Shown here in pieces: positions 15,418-28,890 of a stretch of 64,000 bases of DNA. The stretch spans positions 52,762,001 through 52,826,000 of the forward strand of contig OZ024744.1 of NCBI GenBank assembly GCA_964016885.1, written 5' to 3'. The stretch comes from Eledone cirrhosa. Its lineage: Eukaryota. Every line of letters begins with the position of its first letter. Positions within the stretch are counted from its first letter, which is position 1. The notes below the pieces were generated by a model. That model had not been told where the DNA came from and ran no database searches. It was given only the letters and a program-made list of their open reading frames with translations. A program made the translations under genes and the position numbers.

Positions 15418-15569
15418 CATATATATATTGTTATACTTGGGGAGGGTCATATTTGAGTAATATTGCCAGAATTAATAACAGAACACACTCACTGTTTGGT
15501 TGGCACACGATTTCATATAAAAAACCTCGCAAAAATATATATATATATGTATATATTTGAGATGTAGGT

Positions 15570-15800
15570 GTACAACATATATTTGGTTGTATATTTTATA
15601 TTGATGAAACATTTTGCTGTTATATCGATCAATACCATAAATCTATCAGCTCTGGAAAGAGTTAAATGCCTTTGAAGGTCTATGTAGAGGATGAAGATGA
15701 ATCTTTTTATGTAGGTTGTTTTCTGAATTGTGAGGATGTTGCGAGTTCGATTTCCGCACCAGACAATGCTAGGAGTTTCGACCAATAAATAGTATCAACA
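15570..15800 (-). pseudogene. Possible decayed Penelope RT fragment
   Basis: PSIVWCGNRTRNIL..YIDLQRHL..FMVLIDIT weakly recalls the PLE RT segment RPIV..PT..IDFL..LVSFDVT. Confidence 0.25.
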
Positions 15801-16399
15801 AAGGAGAAATTAATGGTAACATTGTTTCCTTGGTTTGAATGTACGAATTCTAACCCACTCGGTCAGCGAATGAGGTCTGCGATCTTGTTGATTGTTTCTT
15901 TCCTTTCGTTTACTTTTTTCTGCGTTAATGATAACCAGTAGGAATTTGTCATTTTACTTTACTTTGAGATAATTTCGGAACTGTTGTTGAAGATCACTAT
16001 GGCTTGGCGAATTAAGTGGTGCTTTGTCTTTAGAGAAAGTTTGCAGAACTTAGATACATTTGTAGCACTGTTTCTATCTATATTAATGTTTATATTGATG
16101 ATGTTCACAAACGTTTTCTTCTGGGATCGTAGGCCTAATATTTTGCCCATTTAAGAAATCCTTATTACTATCATTCTATAGTCAGTGAATTGGTAAGAAT
16201 CAATAGTCCGATGCATTGCCTGGTAACATTTTTTATGTTTAAACTTATGTGTTCAAATCCCAGTTGGTATCAAATGCCTCAATAGACCCAAATCCGCTCC
16301 ATGACATGGCTGAGTATTATTAGCTACTAGACCAAACTGCTTGATATCACGCCACCACTATTCTCGTCACGGAGAAAAACAGTGAAATTCAGATATCAA

Positions 16400-16760
16400 T
16401 ATGCTAAAGACGTAGTGAGCTAGATAACAACAGACATATCAACCGGCACAACTGAATGTCAACCCCAAGACATCCTTCCTACCAAGAGCTAATATCTCTC
16501 GGAGAGTACGAATGTCCCTGAACTGGTTACCCACTGATGTCGGCTAATTCTGTGCAAACATGCACCACTGGAAGCTGCGTCTATCAGCAGCTTGCGAGTT
16601 TGGCTTCCCAAAGCATATTGCAGAATACATACTGAGTGAGTGCCCGGATCTCTCCCCTCCAAAGAGTGTGGACCACAGGCACCCTAATCTCACTATCGTA
16701 AGCTGGTTGCAGCGCCTGGAGGTTGTCACGTGATTTCTGTCTCATACCAAAGAAGAAGAT
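16400..16760 (+). pseudogene. Vingi/Ingi-like LINE C-terminal remnant
   Basis: Translates as SLNWLPTDVG*FCANMHHWKLRLSAACEFG..HIAEYILSECP, resembling the LNRLRTG..C.CG...H....CP zinc finger. Confidence 0.55.
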
Positions 16761-17380
16761 ATCACAGTCAGGTCAATTTTATCTTTCACCCTTCGTAATC
16801 GATAAATTTATCTACCAGTCAGCTAATGGGAGAATATCAAGAAACGATCAACAAGATGCCAGACCTCAATCTCTTTAGGGTGTTCGGTAGAAATCGTCAA
16901 ATCGAGCCAAAGAAACAATATTTCAATTGGTCTTTCAATTAATGATACTACCTGTCGGTCGCAACTTCTGCCAGAAGAGCAGCAGCAAATAAAGAGTCTT
17001 GTTCCAGGAGATAACGTACGCCCTATCTGGGAATCGAACACGCAAACTCAAGATTTCGAATCCAATGAGAATATAACCCGCTATATATCAACTATGGTCA
17101 CGCTATATATCACCTATGACGCTAATGGAGTCGAGGGTTTGCAAGGGTTTGGACAAGGTTTTCGGTTTCGCAATATCTTCTTCCTTTTATTCCATCTCCA
17201 TCACCGTCGCCCCTTAAATGGTGGTGGGGTCTGCCCTTCCATTTCTGAGTAAACAATAAAAGAAAATCATGCGCTACCATCTTGAAACAAGGAGGAAAAC
17301 ATTGGATAATATAGTCTGGTATTCCACACACACACCCACACACAGATACACACACTGATATATACACACACTTATATACG

Positions 17381-17500
<120 letters not shown>

Positions 17501-17744
17501 CGATAACCACCGACCTAGGGCTAAGCAATAACAACAACAACCTTTATTATGATTATGGTTATGAGTATTATTATTACTACTATTAAAAACATTATTATGA
17601 TGGTTAATTTCCTTTCATTTCGGTTTCTTTTCATTGTCAATCACCAATCAAAATTCTGACCTGATACTTCTGGCTAACAACTCGTATGACATTTCATTGT
17701 CACCTTATTTGTAAATACAACCTTGTACATACATACGCAAGTAA

Positions 17745-20560
17745 ATTGACAAAGCATTGCAAATAATTTCGGTTGCTCCAGTCAAGACAATGCTCTGAAT
17801 TTAAGAATAGGTTAGGATTTCTTGGAATTTTGGTCAGTTGCTTGTCAATTCCCTATTTGATGATAGTCAAAGCTTGAATCACCAAAGGTATTGTAAAAGT
17901 ATTGAGTTGCTACACCCTTGTTATTTTTATTTCCAAATCCTTGTGTTTTGAGAATTTTTCAAATTCCCTTACATCAGTGTTCTTATTACTCTAGGGCGAT
18001 CAAATGCCGATCCATCTAATCGATCGACATAAGACGGCCCCAGACTTCATTCGCTTACGGATTGCGGTAGAACTCGTCAAATCGGTCCAAGGAATCAATC
18101 AATGTTTCCATTGGTCTTTTTATTGCTGGTGCTATCTAGCGACAGAAAGAACAACATGGACATAACGCATTGCCTTGCCTGGGAATCCAACTCACAACCT
18201 CAATATTGCGAATACAATTCTCTCACCACTGAGCCACTAGTCTGATCTATCAGGGTCGATTCTTCTGTTGTATCTTTTGTAATGATGTCTGGCCGAAATG
18301 CATTAATAGTGCGGCCTATATCAAGAGAAAGGTCGCTGAATATTACTCCTCCAATGTCTGTAATTGTAACCTGGTGGTGTTTATACTAGTGCTTGTGGAG
18401 CACAGAACTACTGGCAAAGCCCGATGGATACATTGTTCTACCCAATCATGTCTAACTTTATATTCACTAGATGCACGGAATGGGCATTCAGTTAGAATGT
18501 GATCTATCATCTGTGGATACTTGTCACATAAACTACAAAAGGTCAATCTATTTCCTGAGAACATTGCACTGATAATGTTTTGTAGGCGAGCTTTGATCCT
18601 CTGTAGTAAGGATGAATCTCTCTGCCTCAGCCTTTAACCTTAATATTTGTAACCACTCAAGGGTTTTGCTTTGATCTACTTCACCGTCTTGTATACGTTG
18701 TGAGTATTGGCCATGGAAGGCTCTTCCTGCCACTTTGGTTTTAGCATTGTTTTTGTTTTTTTTGTGTATTTTTCCTTGCAGCTTTTGTTGCAGTTATAAC
18801 TGAAAGTTTGACATCAAATTAGTAATTTCTTTCCTGTAGTCTTTGGAATCCTTAATGACTGAATGGTGGAGTTACATTTTTTATTCATGTTCTCTCACAA
18901 GGTTCAGTGTTTAATCAATATTGTTTTTCAGATAAATATGAAAGCCATTTGTCAAAGTCGTGCATGATAAAACCAATTAGATCAGACATCTACTACCCTT
19001 TGATCCTAGAAGGTAGAATCGATCCACACCAGCTTTTGGTACATATAATTTATCTTACATCTTCCTGCTATAACCATTCAGCATATGCATTAAACGTTTT
19101 TTTTCACTACTCCATATTTCTTACCAAAGCCTTTCTATTATTCTCTATTGGAGGTTCCCCTACTACAATAGATTGCTTGCCTACTGCAGTACAAAATTTG
19201 CTTATATCAGTTCGGATCAGATGATTCTGTCGAGAACATTTTGATATTTGTCAAACTTTCTGTCAGGCAATGTATTTCTATTTTATTGCATCCTTAATTC
19301 GCAGTAGGTCATCGTTTGATGCTCTCTTGCATTTCCGTTTAACCTTTTCGTCATTTCCTCCTTCTTATTATTCCCCATTTCCACAGTTCATCAACTATGG
19401 ACAATCCCCTCGAAAATGTCCAATCTTCTTTTGATTTCAACTTTTCTCTTTGGCCGCTAATTTTCGCTCTAGTACCAATCGCTGATGTAGTGGCTTATGT
19501 TGCGGCATATATCATTTTATTCAAAGAGGTGTCTTCAGTTTCATTAAACAATATTTGTGAGAATGTCATACATTTGTATCTTTGATTTGTTGGCCTTGCT
19601 GTGATATTTTTCATTACATTCGACATATTTACTTTTACTGAGTTCTCTTTATACATTCTCTTTCACCAAATCAATCTCATGTATATTGTAATTCAAAAAT
19701 TCATCATAATAGTATCAGCACTGTTTATATTTGCATTTTCATTTCCATTGTTATTTTTATCTATCACATTTACATGTATATTTATATTTGCACCATTAAT
19801 ATGTACATTATTATCTTTCCTGCTATTTACATTTAAAAATCCATATAAAATGACAGGTGCATCATGGTCTCTTCCAAATCTAATATCTACATCGTTTATT
19901 TCTTGCTCAATCATATTTTCAATACGAACGGTTGGTCTAAGTTGTGCTGCACCAACATTTAAAATTCTCTTAATTTCTTCTATTTCAGCGGCTGTCTGTC
20001 TGTTGTGTCTTATGGTATTTCTACGAACATTTGTCGGTTTAATTGAATATACATGTGTATATCTGTATTAGCAGTGGCACGCCAAAGATTATATGTTTGT
20101 ACTGTTATTTTTTCCGTGGTATCTTTGAATGCCCCAGAGAAAAGTATCATAACTTGTTTATACTCCTCGCAAATTCATTTTTTGCTTCATTCAGTGTCAT
20201 AAATATGGCAATTGAAGAGTCGGCGTTGAGATTAACATATCTTCGTTATAGGTGGTTGTTCCAGAAGATGACATTTCGATCTGAGGCTGGTTCCTCTCTG
20301 AAGGAAAACCATATCGCATTTCCTCATTTACGATATGGTTTTGTGGTTTTAAATATTTTCTTTTCCCCAAAGAATATTTGTTTGATTATGCAAGGTTCCA
20401 GAAGTCCACCTACAGTAGTCAGGCCCAAGAGATACGGCTATTTCTGTGAGGGGCACCACTTACTATCCGTAAGCCTTGGCGACAGCGTCAGCAGCGACCA
20501 TACACCCTTCAGCCCAATTAACACATTGGTTTACGTGTACAAATGTTCGTGTAACCCTCA
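17745..20560 (-). pseudogene. Decayed, internally deleted R4/Dong-like retrotransposon with a SINE insertion at about 18030-18240
   Basis: FHGQYSQRI..LKAEAERFILTTEDQS and CSLCDKYPQMIDHILTECP..YKVRHD; ANVRRNTIRH..EIEEIK matches the N-terminus of the 57160 element. Confidence 0.75.
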
Positions 20561-20635
20561 CTAGGTGATTACCAAGCAAGGCTAAAGAGCTCATCACTTG
20601 CCCATGATACAAAGTTACTCCCCACTGGACGTCAA

Positions 20636-20852
<217 letters not shown>

Positions 20853-21065
20853 AATATGTTTCTATTTCTACTTTTCGTTCCTTTTTAATTTTCATTTTTA
20901 TTTACATAGTGTTTGTTTGGTTTTTTTCTTTTGTGTTATGTTATTGTACTTAGTTGGTACGTTTATTTCCGGTTATACATTATACATACGTATACATATA
21001 TTTACATATATATATATTTACATATATATATATATATATACATACATATATATATGTATTTATAT

Positions 21066-21137
<72 letters not shown>

Positions 21138-21805
21138 TGCTTTCGAAGTAAAAAAAAAAATAGTGTTTTCCAAAATAACATTAAAAATAAATGAATAAAT
21201 GAACAAAAGAAAACTGAACAAAATGGACGATTTTTGTCAAATCCTGCCGCTCGTTGAAAATGTCGAAATATTTTGTTTGCATTTCACAGTTGGGCTTCAC
21301 TCGAGCAAAAATGTTTACTTCCGGTGACGTTTGCAATTGTACCGAGACAAAAGCAGAGAGCGATAACAGGCGCGTGTGTAAGTAAGTGTATGTATTGCTG
21401 TCGGTTGTGCTTTTCCATGATTCTATGTGATTATATGTGTATGCATGAGTGTATGTGTGTATGTGTGTATGCTTGAGTGTATGTGTGTATGTGTATTTAT
21501 GTGTTGCTGTCGGTTGTGCGTTTCCATGATTCTATGTGATTATGTATGCATGTGTGTTTGCATCAGTGTATGTGTGTATGTGTATTTATGTGTTGTTGTC
21601 CGTTGTGTATTTCCATGATTCTATGTGACTATGCGTGAGTGTATGTGTGTATGTATGTAGGTTAGTGTATGTGTGTGTGTTCGTGCATATTTCCTTTTAC
21701 ATATGTGTGTGGGTGTTGTTTGTGTGTGTGTGTGTGTTAATAAGTGTTCCTGTATATTTATCTATGTGGGTTTATGTGTGTCTGCCTGTAATTGTTTCTG
21801 GAATG

Positions 21806-21852
<47 letters not shown>

Positions 21853-22254
21853 GTGTTGTGTATGTGGGTGTGTGTAGCAATAACAATATGGACAATAGGA
21901 GTACAGTTTAGCTCTAGTATCAAGCAACAACAACAACAACAAAATGACCAACGAAATTGTTTCCATTTTATTAATGCAACTGGACATTGCAGCCGCATTG
22001 AAAGCATCAATGAACAACAAGATAAAACGACGACAACAATAACAACAATAACGACGACAACAACAACAACGAGAACATCACTGGAACAACTACTACAACA
22101 ACTACAAGAACGGTTGCTGAAAGAGATATGGCTACATAAAATCAAGAAACAAAACCAAACCACAATACAATTACAATAGTAATCCTTCCATTCTTTTCAG
22201 CAGTTGTCGTTCTACTGGTGGTTGGAGACTTCAACATACCGATATTATATTATG

Positions 22255-23555
22255 TTATTGTAGAACTACATGTCTATATTGGTTGTAGAGCTACATGTCA
22301 ACATATCTATGTTGATTGTAGAGTTTAATGTCTCTTTATCTATATCGATTGTAGATCTACATGTGTATATATCTATATTGTATGTAGAGCTACATGTTAA
22401 TATATCTATATTGCATGTAGAGCTATATGTCTATATAGGTTGTAGAGCTATATGTCAATATATCTATGTTGATTGTAGAGTTTAATGTGTATATATCTAT
22501 ATTGATTGTAGAGCTACACGTTAATATATCTATATTGTATGTAGAGCTACATGTCTATATAGGTTGTAGAGCTACATGTCAATATATCTATGTTGATTGT
22601 AGAGTCTAATGTTTATGTATCTATATTGATTGTAGAGATAGATGTCAATATATCTATATTGCATATAGAGCTACATGTCTATATTGGTTGTAGAGCTACA
22701 TGTCAATATATCTATGTTGATTGTAGAATTTAATGTCTATATATCTATATTGATTGTAGAGACACATGTCAATGTTGGTTGTAGAGCTACATGTCAATAT
22801 ATCCATGTTGATTGTAGAGTTTAATGTCTCTATATATATATATATTGATTGTAGAGCTACATGTTAATATATCTATATTGCATGTATAGCTACTTGTCTA
22901 TATTGGTTGTAGAGCTACATGTCAATATATCTATGTTGATTGTAGTGTTTAATGTTTATATATCTATATCGATTGTAGAGTTTAATGTCTATATATCTAT
23001 ATTAGTAGCAGCTACATTGATTGTAGAGCTACATGTTAATATATCTATATTGCATGTAGAGCTACATGTCAATATTGGTTGTAGAGCTGCATGTCAATAT
23101 ATCTATATTGATTGTAGAGGTACATATCAATATTGGTTGTAGAACTACATGTCAATATATCTATATTGATTGTAGAGATACATGTCTATATTGGTTGTAG
23201 AGCTACACGTCAATATATCTATGTTGATTGTAGAGTTACGTGTCTCTTTATGTAACTATTTTCTTTGTAGAGCTACATGTCTATATGTATGTATATGTTG
23301 TTTGTAAGATACCTCTATATGTTAGTTGTAAAGCTACATGTCTATATGTTAGTTGTAGAGCTACATGTATATATGTTAGTTGTAAAACTACATGCCTATA
23401 TGTTAGTTGTAGAGCTACATGTCTATATGTTAGTTGTAGAGCTACATGTCTATATGGTAATTGTCAGCTACATGTCTATATGTTAGTTGTCAGCTACATG
23501 TCTATATGTTAGTTGTAAAGCTACATGTATATATGTTAGTTGTAGAGCTATTTGT
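22255..23555. repeat. Minisatellite with core TGTAGAGCTACATGTC, shifting from a higher-order left part to a simpler unit on the right
   Basis: Direct sequence. VELHV ORFs are repeat artefacts. Confidence 0.9.
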
Positions 23556-23904
23556 GTAGACGTTGGTCAATTCCTGACTGGACATGGAGCTTTCCTCGTT
23601 AAATGATTAGCCTTGACCTCTGGCACCATAACACAAAGAGTGTAAGCAATTACCACAAAACAACTCGTCCAACGTTCTAATAGTTCAGCTTTTCAATCGC
23701 TTTCTGCATTGGTAGGTTAGTTATTGATACCCTGAAGCGAAAAAAGGCAATGGTGACCTAGGTAGGATTTGAACTCAGAGTGCGTACCAGAAAAAAATAC
23801 CACATGATATCATGTCCGACGCTTTAACAGTTCTGCTGATCCACAGTCAATTATTTAGTTATTAGCAGTCCAAAGAAGAGAAAGGTGATTTCGATGTGAT
23901 TTAA

Positions 23905-24021
<117 letters not shown>

Positions 24022-24479
24022 AAATACTATCAATTCTCCAGCAACAGGAGCGTTAGAAAGTGAATTAACTTATGATCGTTCAATTATAGTTAACACATTT
24101 AATACACGACCCATTAAAGGCTCACAAGGAATAAACATTCAATGTGGAAAGAGTATTATTTGTTATTAAATTTAAAACTTTGGGAGTGAAATTAGGTGGA
24201 CGGAAACTATTTAGAAACTTTTGGATGGACTGTACTTGTACTGTAAAGGGCGAAGGTTGTCGCACAGTATATCATACTGATAGATAGAATCATTAGAGAG
24301 TCGGACAAAAAATACCCGAGGTTTTTAGTTACATGAATTAACGTTTTTGTTCAAGTCTGCCAAGGTCATATTTCTTACGAGAAAATAAACTGTAAATCGA
24401 TTTTTGATGTTATTTTAATGGAATTTATCCTTTCCAAGAATGTATGACTTTGTACCAATATTATAAATCAATATTTTCA

Positions 24480-25100
24480 ATGTTCATCAAGCAAAGACAA
24501 CTCCGGAATCCTTTTCACTTTATTCGAATCTCCTCAGCAATGTATGGTTTTCATCGGTCTTTCTGATTTACTGATGAAAGACTCGCTTCACATAAATGTA
24601 TAGAATTGTACATATGTCGAACATAGTAAAGCTGATATTCTTTAAATATCATATACTTCGTTTTGTAGTATGCGTAAAGCAATAACACAACAGGAGCCAT
24701 CTTCCCACTACTGCAATTCTTCGAGAGGAAAAAAATAGCAGAAACGAACCAATTATCTCAGTTTCATGATAAAAGCAGCAAAGTAAAATCCAAACACTTC
24801 TTAAATTTGAAGAATTTCTCAGATTTAACGTTAGAATAAGAGTATCCCAGAGAATACGACAGAAAAGGTAATATATATCCAGCGTATTTAAAACATAAAA
24901 AAAAAAAACTAAAAAAAAAACTTGAATTGTTACGCGCTCAATACATGAAGATAATGATAGCATTTTGTTAGCAGAACAATCTATAGCTCTATGAAATAGA
25001 ATCTTTAACAATGAAAACTTCAAAAGATCAGAGTTTGGTCTTGATATAACGCTTTGTTTAACATAAACTAGTTATTTCATTGGTAAATTTCCTCTATTTA
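24480..25100 (-). pseudogene. Possible decayed Penelope RT thumb and endonuclease remnant
   Basis: KFSLLKILFHRAIDCS resembles the PLE motif K..LI..L.HRA..ICS. Confidence 0.35.
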
Positions 25101-25489
25101 TCTGCATAAAATATACCTTAGACCAATGGATACAGTACTGTCGAATGGTTAAAAAGTTCGTTTGACAATCATAAGGTCCCCGGTTCTATTCCACTGCATG
25201 GTATCTTGGGTCAACGCGAGGCTTGTGACTGAAAGTTGCTAGACAGACACTGTTTATAAGCCTATCAGATGAACTGTACTTATAACTGAAATGGGCTACC
25301 ATTTTAGACATTTAATCTCTAAGAATTGTATTGTGGGTAGACGTGTCTGTGGAATAGACAGCCACTTGCAAGTTCTTTCGTTGATAAACAATATGGATAA
25401 TCATCGTCGGGTACAACGGAGATCAATTTCATCCGAGTGGTATCATGGTATCATTGGGGAAGCCTTAAAAGAACCGCTCAACTTAAATA

Positions 25490-25520
<31 letters not shown>

Positions 25521-25617
25521 CTTCTTCTTCTTCTTCTTCTTCTTCTTCTTCTTCTTCTTCTTCTTCTTCTTCTTCTTCTTCTTCTTCTTCTTCTTCTTCT
25601 TCTTCTTCTTCTTCTTC

Positions 25618-26190
25618 GTCCTGCATGCAGTATTCGAGTGTCCAAGCATTGTTGACTTGTGGGTTTATGTCGAAAACCTGCTGTTGCATGTAGGATGGAT
25701 CCCGCTATCAGCTGCCGGGAAAGGCAGGCAGTTTTCACCTGCCTGGTGGCCATGGCGAAATAGGTTGTGTGGTGGACATGTTTGAAAGGGCACTTACATC
25801 TTCGGCGAAGCCCTGATTAACTTTTTCAAATTTTATTTGAAAAGGAAAATGAATGTGGTGAGGAAACTCCTTCCCAGCAATTTGTTGAAAGATGGTTGAG
25901 AGAAGCGAACATAGCTCGTGTGAATGGGCCTGCTCTGAGTATGCACCTGTAGATTGGAAGAGGGGCCTCGCCTTGGTAGTCAGGGTCACCGTGGCTTTTT
26001 GCGGCCTTTCTCCACGTGTGGCTCTCTGAAATCTTCCCCCATTTTCCTTTGTTTCGTTTTTTTTGTTACATCCTTTGTTTTTGTCTTCTTTTATACACAC
26101 AGGAACCCATATTTGTACCGTCCTGTGCTGTCCTTAATGTAAGTTTTTGTAAGCCTTTTTGTGGTTAATAAAGAAAGCATTATTATTACT
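25618..26190 (+). mobile_element. 5'-truncated Tx1-like 3' fragment after (TTC)n at 25490-25617
   Basis: VLHAVFECPSIVDLWVYVENLL matches VLHALVQCPKIADLWVYVEHLL of the 46091 ORF. Its 3' UTR ends AATAAAGAAAGC(ATT)n. Confidence 0.85.
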
Positions 26191-26254
26191 CGTAATGCTT
26201 TTGCTCTGGCACATGTTATACTGACACTATATACACAGAGCGAGTAAGAGCCAA

Positions 26255-28145
26255 TGGCCAAATGTTCTTTGGGTTATACCTTTTCCTTCAACTTTCCAAC
26301 AGCCTTCTTAGCTTCCTTATTTTCTGACCTCGTGGTGATTCCTAGCTTCTCAAGTCAAGCATCCAACCTTTTACTAATTGTTTCCAGTGCGCCAACCACA
26401 ATCTGTATTACTTCTACATGTCTGATTATCCACAGTTTCCTAATTTCTCTCATCAACTCCTGGTATTTCTCAACTTTCTCACTTTGCACTCATTCACTCC
26501 ATGTTCCCATGGTGAAGCAGTATCCACAAAACATGCCTTGTTATTCTTCTTTTCTACGACAACAATGCAATGTCAGGGTTTCTAGCCAAGATAAAATGGT
26601 CAAACTGGATGGTCATATTCCACAAGATCTTATACTGGCTGTTTTCAACCACCCTTTCCTGTTGGTGTTGCTACCATTTCTCATTTCTACCCATGTCATA
26701 CTTCTCTTGTACTCTTTCTGTGTAAACATCTTACATTCACTAACAATGTGGTTTATTGTCTCATCTTTCTCATCACACAACCTACAAAATGGGGAATTCA
26801 CTGACTTGTCAATATTGAACTTGATATAGTTCGTTCTCAGTGCCTGTTCCTGAGCTACAAAAATAAGTTTTAACTTTCAAATCGCTTTTCCTAGTCCATT
26901 CCCAGATCATATCTTTGTCAACTGTCTCAGGAATTTCAAGTACGAATTGACCATACAACTTTTCATTTGCTTCATCATTGTTTAGGACCTTTATCTTTCT
27001 TACTCCTGCCATCAATCTCTCCTTTGAATTCTTTACATACCATGCCAGATTATTTTCTCCGACTTAACATGCATTTCACAGCTAATGAGACCTCTTCCTC
27101 TTCTTTGTCATGATAGATATAACCTGTCCACGTCACTTTTGGAGTGTAGAGCCCCTTGTAGTGTTATCATTTTCCTGGTTTTTCTATCAAGCTCCTTAAG
27201 TCCATCACATCTCCACTCTATACCTTAGCACTGCAACATCCCATGTGTTGATAGTTAGTATCTTATTCCTACCACTTTACTTTCTCTTTAACACCAACTT
27301 CAGTCTCCATTTATATTCCTTTGATAATATTTTTTTCATTTGGTTTGTTGCCTAAGTACTTATACCCGTTGTCAACCATTTCTTTCATAGCTTCTCTGTC
27401 TGGTTATTCAAATCTTTTCATCTTTACAATTCTACCTCGCTTGGGTAGTAGTACCCCACACGTTTTTATGCCAAATTTATCATTAGTATTGTTTTTGTTG
27501 TTATTGTTATTATTATCAATATTTCCTCGAATCCAGGCGGATCTTATGTTGTCAAAGCTACCATACAGAAATGGGTCATAACAAATGACCAACAGTCCAG
27601 TAGTTCACCCTACATACTACATTGGTTGTTCTCAAGATCACAGTCTTTTGCAGCAAGTCAGTCCAAATTTCCACACTAATCTTTGAGATCAAACTTAGAA
27701 GTTCCTACGTTACCCAGAAAGGCCTCAACAACAGCAATAACTTCCACTCTGTTCAAGTCTACATTATTTCCATTTCAATTGGTTGATTTCTATCTTCATT
27801 AATATTTATCAAGCCCATCAACATCAGCCCCAGTCTCCTGTCGTATTCGCTTGTGAATACTTCCTTAATTTCGACCTCCTATATTTTGACCGTCTCCAAA
27901 ATCCCGAGGTACTTGTATCCATGCATCTCAATTTTCTTCATCACATGTTCATTAGGGAGCTCTATCCTCTCAGTTGCCATCACTTTCCTTGTTTGCATCA
28001 CCAATAAACCACACATCTTGGTGTTAAACTCCATACATATATTAGTGTTCTAGAGATACACTGTATACACTAATGAATCAATTTGATATTCTTGTTTTTG
28101 CCTAATAGCTTCAAATCATCCATGAAAAATAACTGGTTCATTTTC
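26255..28145 (-). pseudogene. Nested decayed R4/Dong-like fragments
   Basis: CRLCDEKDETINHIVSECK, KLYGQF..WEWTRKSDLK, FGIKTCGVL..KRG and NQLFFMDDLKL. Confidence 0.75.
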
Positions 28146-28249
28146 AGCTATCTCTCACACCATTCACATCCCATGGTTGTTATTTATAAATAGCTCCAAA
28201 TAGAACCATCTAAAATGTGTTCTACACGAGATCAATAGATACAAATCGA

Positions 28250-28890
28250 TGTCAGGTTCGTCTCTTGGTATGTGTGAAGAACACGGCACAGTTGCCATAC
28301 TCATAGGAAAGATATATCGAGACCATGAATGTGTGAACTGTATGAATGTGATGATTGTGAATTTTCTGCTGGAAGACCAGAACTGGTTCACCAAGTGTCC
28401 TTGCCATATATGTCTCTAGGACAGTAGAGATTAAACTGAACCTTTTATGATAAATCAGTGGTCTCTGAAAGAAATCATGGATGTTGGATATCATATTATC
28501 AAAGAACATTTGATTGATAGACAGACGATCATACCACACCAAACTAGATTTGATGAAACACTATATAAAAGCTCTGTATGTTTAAGCACAACATTAGAAA
28601 ATTTCTTGCGTTGACCATGGAAAAACTGAAATGAAGTATTTTTGATTGAGGTAAATCCAGGAACTCTTGAACACCGCACGTATCCAAGAGTTAATGGACA
28701 ACGTTGAGGAATGTGCATCGACCTCATTTAGTATGGTTGTGAAGACTTTCCTTAGGAACTATAAGATTGATTACTACCGCAAACTCATGAAGAATGTGGT
28801 CTCTTCAAAGAGCAAGCTATTGCTGGAACATGCAATGTCCATACACATGTCTTCACTGGAAATCACACTAATGTGGTTTATGTGACATGT
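28250..28890 (+). pseudogene. Chapaev3-like (CMC) DNA transposase remnant
   Basis: VNFLLEDQNWFTKCPCHICL*DSR, HTKLDLMKHYIKAL, KFLALTMEKLK*SIFD and TSFSMVVKTFLRNYK recall GYTKYPCFLCLWDSR, HIKLGLMKQFVKAL and AW.SF..VV.NFLGN. Confidence 0.6.
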
